Assembly (NCBI GenBank): GCA_964016885.1 | Contig: OZ024749.1 | Coordinates: 54,560,001 to 54,624,000, forward strand | Source of the DNA: Eledone cirrhosa | Lineage: Eukaryota | DNA length: 64,000 nucleotides | Reading direction: 5' to 3' | Part shown: positions 56,342 to 64,000 of the stretch, piece after piece | How positions within the stretch are numbered: the stretch's first letter is position 1 | Layout of the letters: each line of letters opens with the position of its first letter | The notes under the pieces: generated by a model | The model's input: the letters and a program-made list of their open reading frames with translations, nothing else | What the model was told of the DNA's origin: nothing | Database searches by the model: none | Program-made: the position numbers and the translations under genes

Positions 56342-58981
56342 TTAAATACGGCCCTGAATATCGATAAGATATGAACCCAAAACATAAATGGACATAACCA
56401 AATGCAGTAAGACATTTTCCCAGGAACTCTTCTTATCATTCAGCGTTCCAATGTCAGAAAATTTAAGAGAAGCAATTAAATTTTATTAGCAAAAACTCTG
56501 TCTTTTTGGTGTACTTCCAGATATGTCTAGATATACATGTATACACGTCTATGTGATGTGTACATGTGTCTCAGTTCCCGTATGTATGTATTTATGTGTA
56601 TGTATATGTATGTATTCTTGTGTGGGTGTATGTATTTATGTATGTGTATCTATCTATGTGTGAGTGTATATATGTATGTATATATGTATATATGTGCATA
56701 TGTATGCATGATATGTATATGTATGTGTATATATGTATATATAGATGTATGTAAGTTTGTGTGTGTATTTTATGTCTGTGTGTGTATCTATCTCAGTGTA
56801 TGTATATATGTATGTATGTGTGTGTATATCTATCTCTGTGTATGTACGTGTGTGTTTGTTCTTTTTACATCTTCCCCTTCTCCGTTTTTGCTTTGTTTTT
56901 CTAGCCTCCTTATTCCTTTGGCTATCTCTTTTAATATTTGATTAAAAATCGATTTTTGCTGTGATGTTGGAACTATCCTTAACTGCCAATCATACAGGAC
57001 TCAACTCTTCTGTCCATTTTGTAGCCAATTCTCGTTGGAGATCACCAGATCTCCTTAATTAGACGCAATTTAGACATATTTGTATAATTTTTCTTTTAAA
57101 AATTATTTTATATAGTTTAATTGCTGCTAAGCAGCCAATGTATGTTTCGCCTTCTCTCCCCTTCCTCCTCCTCCTCCTCCTTCTCCATCTACCCCCACCG
57201 TCCCACCCCACCACCTCCATCTCAATACCTCTCCCCACCTCATTTTCTACTGATTACGTTTTACAGTTGACCTCCATTGCTCGCAGGATTAACTTAAATA
57301 ATAACAGTAACAATAATGATGATGGTGATGATGGTGGTGATGATGGTAGTGGTGGTGGTGATGGTGGTGGTAGTGGTAGTGGTGGTGGTGGTGGTAGCGG
57401 TGGTCGTGATGGTGATGGTGGTGGTGATAGTGATGATGATGATGGTAGTGGTGGTGGTGGTGATGATGATGATGGTCATGATGATTGATGATGATGATAA
57501 ATATTTTATTCTATAATATAAAATCATAAGAACATAATAAGGATTTCGGTTGTTTCAGCTCTGGTTATTGATAGAGCTGCTACCTTTGTTCCCAGGAAAC
57601 TGCAGTAGCCGCAAGCCGTAGACATAGTCTTCTTATCTAGGTCTTGTTGCGGTTGTTGTTGCTGCCGCAATTGTCAATGTTGTATTGACTACCCGCCTTA
57701 CTTCCGTTTCTCCTTTTCTGCCCCAAAGTCCCACATGTATAATTTACTACCACATGTGTGGCAACGAAGTCTTCTTTGCATCATCAATAGACTATTGCTT
57801 TGGGAGAGTTTTCTGGAGTTGATTTAATCATGTTTGCCCTCCCCACAAAATCTGATGGCCTCGGCCTTGTACCTGATTTAGAAACCGACATTTCCGTTTG
57901 GTTTTCAACAGCCACTCTTACCAGTAGACATACATTTTATCTTTACTCAAAACTCTTATTGTCTTCATTGAATTTTCTGTCAAATAAATGTTTCGTCTTA
58001 TATCCGCAAACCGAACTACAAAATCACGAACATATATTCGTTTTAACAAGAAAATACAATAAATTCTTTCTAATATAACATTATTGCGAGGGGGGGGGGG
58101 GGGTGATTTTTCTGATTAATAGAAAAAGTATTTATTGTATTAAATTGTATAATTTTTCTTTATTAAAAATCGATAGTGTGATCAAAAATAAATATTGAAA
58201 AATTTACTAGATTTCCAAAAATAAAACAAAAGACAATAGCGCCTAGTATTTATTTTGCGTAGTAAATATTTTAGTGGTCTGGTTATGATTCATAAAAATT
58301 CCAGTTATTGTCTGAAATTTGCAAATTCAAATTATATGTGAAACTCTGTATATTACAATCTATGTAATAAAAGCAAGAAACACAAGACATACAGAATCAA
58401 TATTAGATCTTAAAATACAATGTTATTTCAAAGAATAAGTAAACTTTTATTTTAAATATCCTAATATTTTATTAATTTTCAGCGTTATAGTCAAACAGAA
58501 GGCGACTGTGAGACGTGTGGAACTCATTTATTTAAGAAACATCTAAACACGCACGCTAACTTCCCTTCCTCACACAATCAAGAAATTGTAGACTAATATT
58601 TGTATGTTTCTCTACTGAATACAACATGCATTTATTAAGACATAATGTAAAAAAGTATCACAAAATTATTTCTAATAATATAAAAGGTAAAATCGAAGTG
58701 AAAGGTGAATGTGTGCAGTTTGTTTTAATTTCAATTCTAAAACGACTCCAAATGCAATTGCACCAGAATTTTTACTTAATTCTTTTCGTTTGTATGTGTA
58801 TTTGTTTTTTTTACAAGAACCATTAACAAAACATATTGTGCTAAAGAAAATATGTCTGTTGAATATGCACTGTCATTTTTAGCCATTTAGTTGCAATAAC
58901 CAGCTGCTGAAAACGGAGACACGTTGTCGAACACTTTCTGCACAAAACTGAACATTAAAAAGAATAGAAACACACACACAA

Positions 58982-59013
<32 letters not shown>

Positions 59014-59383
59014 TATGGAATACTGTTAGCTTCTCGCTACAACAATTTCTATACTTTTCATTTATATATGTATATATATATATATATATTATATACCGAC
59101 CTTTGTCCTATAAATACGTACTACGTGCAAAGAATAGATGAATAGAAAATGTTTGTTCTTCACTAGTGTCCAATAAAGAATATGATAGATGGAGAACAGA
59201 AACAGGTGATGTCCAATGTGATTGTAGTTCACTTAATATGTCAGCATACTTCGGTCAACAAATGCCGGACAACATCATCATCATCATCATCATCAACAAC
59301 AACGACGTCGCGTCTTTTATTGTATTTCATTTTTGTTTTACTATTGTCCAACTGTCCTTCCATACTTTCATATGTGTGTTTGT

Positions 59384-59414
<31 letters not shown>

Positions 59415-59536
59415 ACATTACTATTATGACATAATATATGACAGACAGTTATTCAATATTGGATTTATAGACATATGTTTTCTTTTTTATATATATAATT
59501 GTTGGATATGGTTGGTTTTTGTTTTATTATTTAGTA

Positions 59537-59620
<84 letters not shown>

Positions 59621-59651
59621 GTATGTGTGTGTGTGTGATATATATGTATAT

Positions 59652-59687
<36 letters not shown>

Positions 59688-59733
59688 AAATTCAAAGGGG
59701 GGTATATATATATATAATTAGACATAGTCACAG

Positions 59734-59802
<69 letters not shown>

Positions 59803-60022
59803 AATTGAGTTTGAATTATTTTCCCACATCTTACGTTAACTATTTTTCCATTTTGACGTTATAGTCACTTATATATTATGAAATACTGTTGGTTTCACGC
59901 TCACAACAATTTCTATACTTTAATTTATATATATATAATATGTGTGTGTGATATATATATGCAGATGATACATATATATATATATGTGTGTGTTTGATAT
60001 ATATATATGTATGTGATACACG

Positions 60023-60070
<48 letters not shown>

Positions 60071-60394
60071 GTGTGTGTGTGTGTGTGTTGTTGTTCACAT
60101 TTATATTTTTTATTTTTTCAATAATGATGCGTCATCTCTCGTATCTATCGTCTAATTGGTTATTTCGGCTCTGACATCAGCCTCATTACATTCTGACTAA
60201 ACAGTCGGGTCATTTAATCAATGCCGAGCTCAATATAAACCCAGTGACGAGGCAGGCTGTAGTTTTTCAAAACAAGCAAAAAAATATGTTGTGTTTTGTT
60301 GATGTGAGGACTACAATAGGACTCTCTCACAACAGACTGGCATAACTAATAACACGTCACAACCAATACATTTATGACAATTATCGTTACTACT

Positions 60395-61945
60395 TGATGG
60401 TGATGGTGGTGGTGATGGTGTTGTTGTGGTGGTGGTGATGGTGGTGTTGTGGTGGTGGTGATGGTGTTGGTGGTGTTGATGGTGGTGGTGGTGTTGTTGG
60501 TGGTGGCGGTGGTGATGATGGTGGTGGTGACGGTGGTGTTGATGGTGGTGGCGGTGTTGTTGTTGTGGTGGTGTTGTGGTAGTGGTGATGGTGGTGGTGG
60601 TGAAGGTGGTGGTGATGATGATGTGGTGGTGATGGTGGTGTTGATGGTGGTGGCGGTGTTGTGGTGGTGGTGGTGGTGGTGTTGTGGTGATGGTGGTGGT
60701 GATGATGATGTGGTGGTGGTGGTGGTGGTGGTGATGTGGTGGTGGTGGTGATGATGTGGGGGTGGTGGTGATGATGATGTGGTGGTGGTGGTGGTGGTGG
60801 TGATGTGGTGGTGGTGGTGATGATGTGGGGGTGGTGGTGATGATGATGTGGTGTTGATGGTGATATTGATGATGATGATTGTCGTCAACATAACTATCAT
60901 CACCATCATCATCACCATTTGCAAGACCGGCCAACAATACCATTATTAGCTACTGTCACTACTACCACAGACAACAACAATAACAACAATGTCACCATCA
61001 CCACTACTACCCATACTATAGCGCTAATATTGCCAATACTACAACCTGCGCTACCGCAACACTCTACACAACAAAACTACTACCACCACACCATTCCCAC
61101 CTCCATTCAACACCAACCAACATCACCATATCACCACCACCATACCACCACCACCACCACCACCATATCATCAACACCACCACCAACACCACCCCCATAT
61201 CGCCACGACCACCACCTACCCACAAACAGACATCCCCACCACAACACACCACCACTCCCAACTCCACCTAATGACGAAACAATCCATTCCAGAAATAAAG
61301 ACGCCATTAAAAATTGTAAAAAGCCCCACTACTACCACCACCACCATCATCACCACCACCACCACCACCACCACCACCACCACAACCACCCCTTAATACC
61401 ACCACCACCACCACTACCACCACAACCAATACCACTACCACCACCGCCACTACCACCACCACCACTACTACCACAACCACTACCTCTTACACCACCACCA
61501 CCACTACCACCACAACCATTTCCACTACCACTAACGCCACCACTACCACCACAATCACTACCACTAACACCACCACCACCAACACCACCACTACTACGAC
61601 TCCACATCACCATCATCATTATTACAAACATCCCACCACCACCACCACCACAACCACCACCACCACCACCACTACCACTACCACCACCACAACCATTACC
61701 ACTACCACTAACGCCACCACCACCACTACCACCACCACCACCACCGCCAACACCATCACCACCACCACCACCACCACCACCACCACCACTACCACCACCA
61801 CAACCATTACCACTACCACTAACGCCACCACCACCAACACCACCACCACCACTACCACCACCACAACCATTACCACCACCACCAACACCACCACCACCAC
61901 CAACACCACCACCACCACCACCAACAATAACAACATCAACAATGA
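60395..61945. repeat. (GGT/GAT)n tract followed by an opposite-polarity (CCA/CTA)n tract
   Basis: Direct reading; polarity switches near 60885. Confidence 0.9.
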
Positions 61946-62390
61946 TGTTGACTTCATTATTTTGTCTAACCTGCTACAGACACGTGTAACAATAGTCACG
62001 TGTTGCTGTTGTGTTGTTATTGTTGTTGTGTTGCATTAGGCTAACAACAACTTATTGCATACCAAGAACAACAACAACAACTACTACTACTACTACTACT
62101 ACTACTACTGGTTTCTGATTTAGGCTCAAGACCAGCAATTTGGGGGAAGATGAAAGTCGATTAAATCGATCCCAGTGCCAGATTTGCCTCCCTTGTTTCA
62201 AATATGAAGCTCTCCACCGCTCGGACGAACAATTGTCGTTGGAGAGTACTTCCCTTTCCATAAGCCTGTCCTTATGCCCGAACACAGGCTACTTTAAAAG
62301 TGTCTCCTCCAATATACAGTGGTGGCCAAAATTGGACCCCGAAAACAATGGTCGTACATATACGTTAAGTGCATGAAACTTTGTTTATAC

Positions 62391-62423
<33 letters not shown>

Positions 62424-62447
62424 TATAATATATATATATATAATATA

Positions 62448-62495
<48 letters not shown>

Positions 62496-62615
62496 ATATT
62501 AATAAATGGAAACTATATTTATAAAACCATAATTACTCCACTAATTGTTGAGTGCTTTATATTAGTTATAAACATTTTAAAGCTTGTTGAATCCCAACAA
62601 ATTAAATACAACCTC

Positions 62616-62665
<50 letters not shown>

Positions 62666-62683
<18 letters not shown>

Positions 62684-62963
62684 AGGAAAAAAGATGAAAT
62701 AGAAAATGCAACTGGAGTCTTTTTAAGAATATTTACTTGTTTCCTTTACCGGTTTCACAGTTGTTATGCTTTTCAAAAGTAAAAAGTAAAGTTGAGATGG
62801 AGAGTTTGTGGTTTTTCTCGGATCAGATGCGAGAAAAACCACAAACTCTCCATCTCAACTTTACTTTTTACTTTTGAAAAGCATAACAACTGTGAAACCG
62901 GTAAAGGAAGCAAGTAAATATTCTTAAAAAGACTCCAGTTGCATTTTCTATTTCATCTTTTTT

Positions 62964-62984
<21 letters not shown>
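62666..62984. mobile_element. Near-perfect 319-bp palindrome (arms ~155 bp), each arm carrying a U3-A8 variant hammerhead; putative Penelope-like terminal-repeat foldback
   Basis: 62666-62820 is the reverse complement of 62830-62984 with one mismatch seen. The right arm reads CTT-TTGAAAA-GCA(TAACAAC)TGT-GAAA-CCGG-TA-AAG (62871-62906). Flanked by (TG)n and (CA)n. Confidence 0.7.
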
Positions 62985-63034
<50 letters not shown>

Positions 63035-63244
63035 AAGGATATATATATATATATAAGTGCATTATTATGCCAAATACTCTCCCTCTCTCTCCCTCTCTCT
63101 TGTGCTTTAGATACTTTCACTATTCTATATCTAAGATGTACTTATTTCGCAAGAAAATACAATTTTCACGGTTCACAGTTGGTTTAGCCTCCAAATGCAG
63201 CCGCCATCTCTCTTTTTTTTTTTTTTTGCAGCTGCTGCAATAAT

Positions 63245-63597
63245 AACTACATTACTACCATTATCATCGACATCGTCATCGTCATCGTCATCGTCATCAG
63301 TATCATTATCCTCACCATCATCATCATTATCATCACCATCATCATCATTATCATCACCATCATCACCACCACTATCGTCATTGTCTTCATCATCATCACC
63401 ATCATCATCTTCATCATCACCATCGTCATCAGTATCATTATCATCACCATCATCATCACCATCATCACCATCATCATCGCCTTCATCACCATCATCATCA
63501 GTATCATTATCAACATCATCATCGTCATCACCATCATATGCATTCATCAACACTGCTTCCAACTTGCACCAACGAATTCACCACTTCCACCATCATT

Positions 63598-63631
<34 letters not shown>

Positions 63632-63706
63632 GCTGCTGCTACCACCACCACTACTACTACTACTGCTACCACCACCACCACCACCACTACTACTACTACT
63701 ACTGCC

Positions 63707-63739
<33 letters not shown>

Positions 63740-63818
63740 GATACCACCACCACCACCACCACCACCACCACCACCACCACCACCACCACTACTACTACTA
63801 CTGCCACCACCACTACTA

Positions 63819-63868
<50 letters not shown>

Positions 63869-64000
63869 GCTACCACCACCACCACCACCACTACTACTAC
63901 TACTGCCACCACCACCACCACTACTACTACTACTACTGACACCACCACCACCACCACCACCACCACCACTACTACTGCTACCACCACCACCACCACCACC
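63245..64000. repeat. (CAT)n, (CTA)n and (CCA)n microsatellite block
   Basis: Direct reading. Confidence 0.95.

Noticed and set aside
60919-61989. 356-aa Pro/His-rich ORF resembling an extensin or formin FH1 region (also 37293-38054, 38228-38821 and 63173-63999)
   Set aside because: Trinucleotide microsatellite open in several frames on both strands, with no splice or domain context.

Overview
AT-rich, microsatellite-saturated animal genomic DNA. Its repeat content (CORE- and Meta-domain tRNA-derived SINEs, RTE and CR1 LINEs, giant (TA)n arrays) points to a cephalopod, probably an octopus; this is inferred, not proven. The left contig (1-34869) carries seven internal coding exons of propionyl-CoA carboxylase beta chain (PCCB) on the minus strand (33322 down to 21907), missed by the ORF track. 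An uninterrupted glycosyltransferase family 92 (GT92/DUF23) ORF lies on the plus strand (2617-4104), apparently nested antisense inside a >21.9 kb PCCB intron. A 200-N gap (34870-35069) separates this from a CpG-richer contig where I found no secure protein-coding gene. The most interesting signal is non-coding. There is one fully canonical type I hammerhead ribozyme (36230-36311), two more plausible ones (40678-40740, and a U3-A8 variant inside a 319-bp near-perfect palindrome at 62666-62984) and several degenerate ones. They sit in short, microsatellite-flanked, often fold-back elements, several sharing a downstream ACTC...GAGT motif, and look like a family of non-autonomous Penelope-like/retrozyme-like elements. 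Nearly all long ORFs in the supplied track are translated microsatellites. Repeat boundaries are approximate and all alignments were done by eye.
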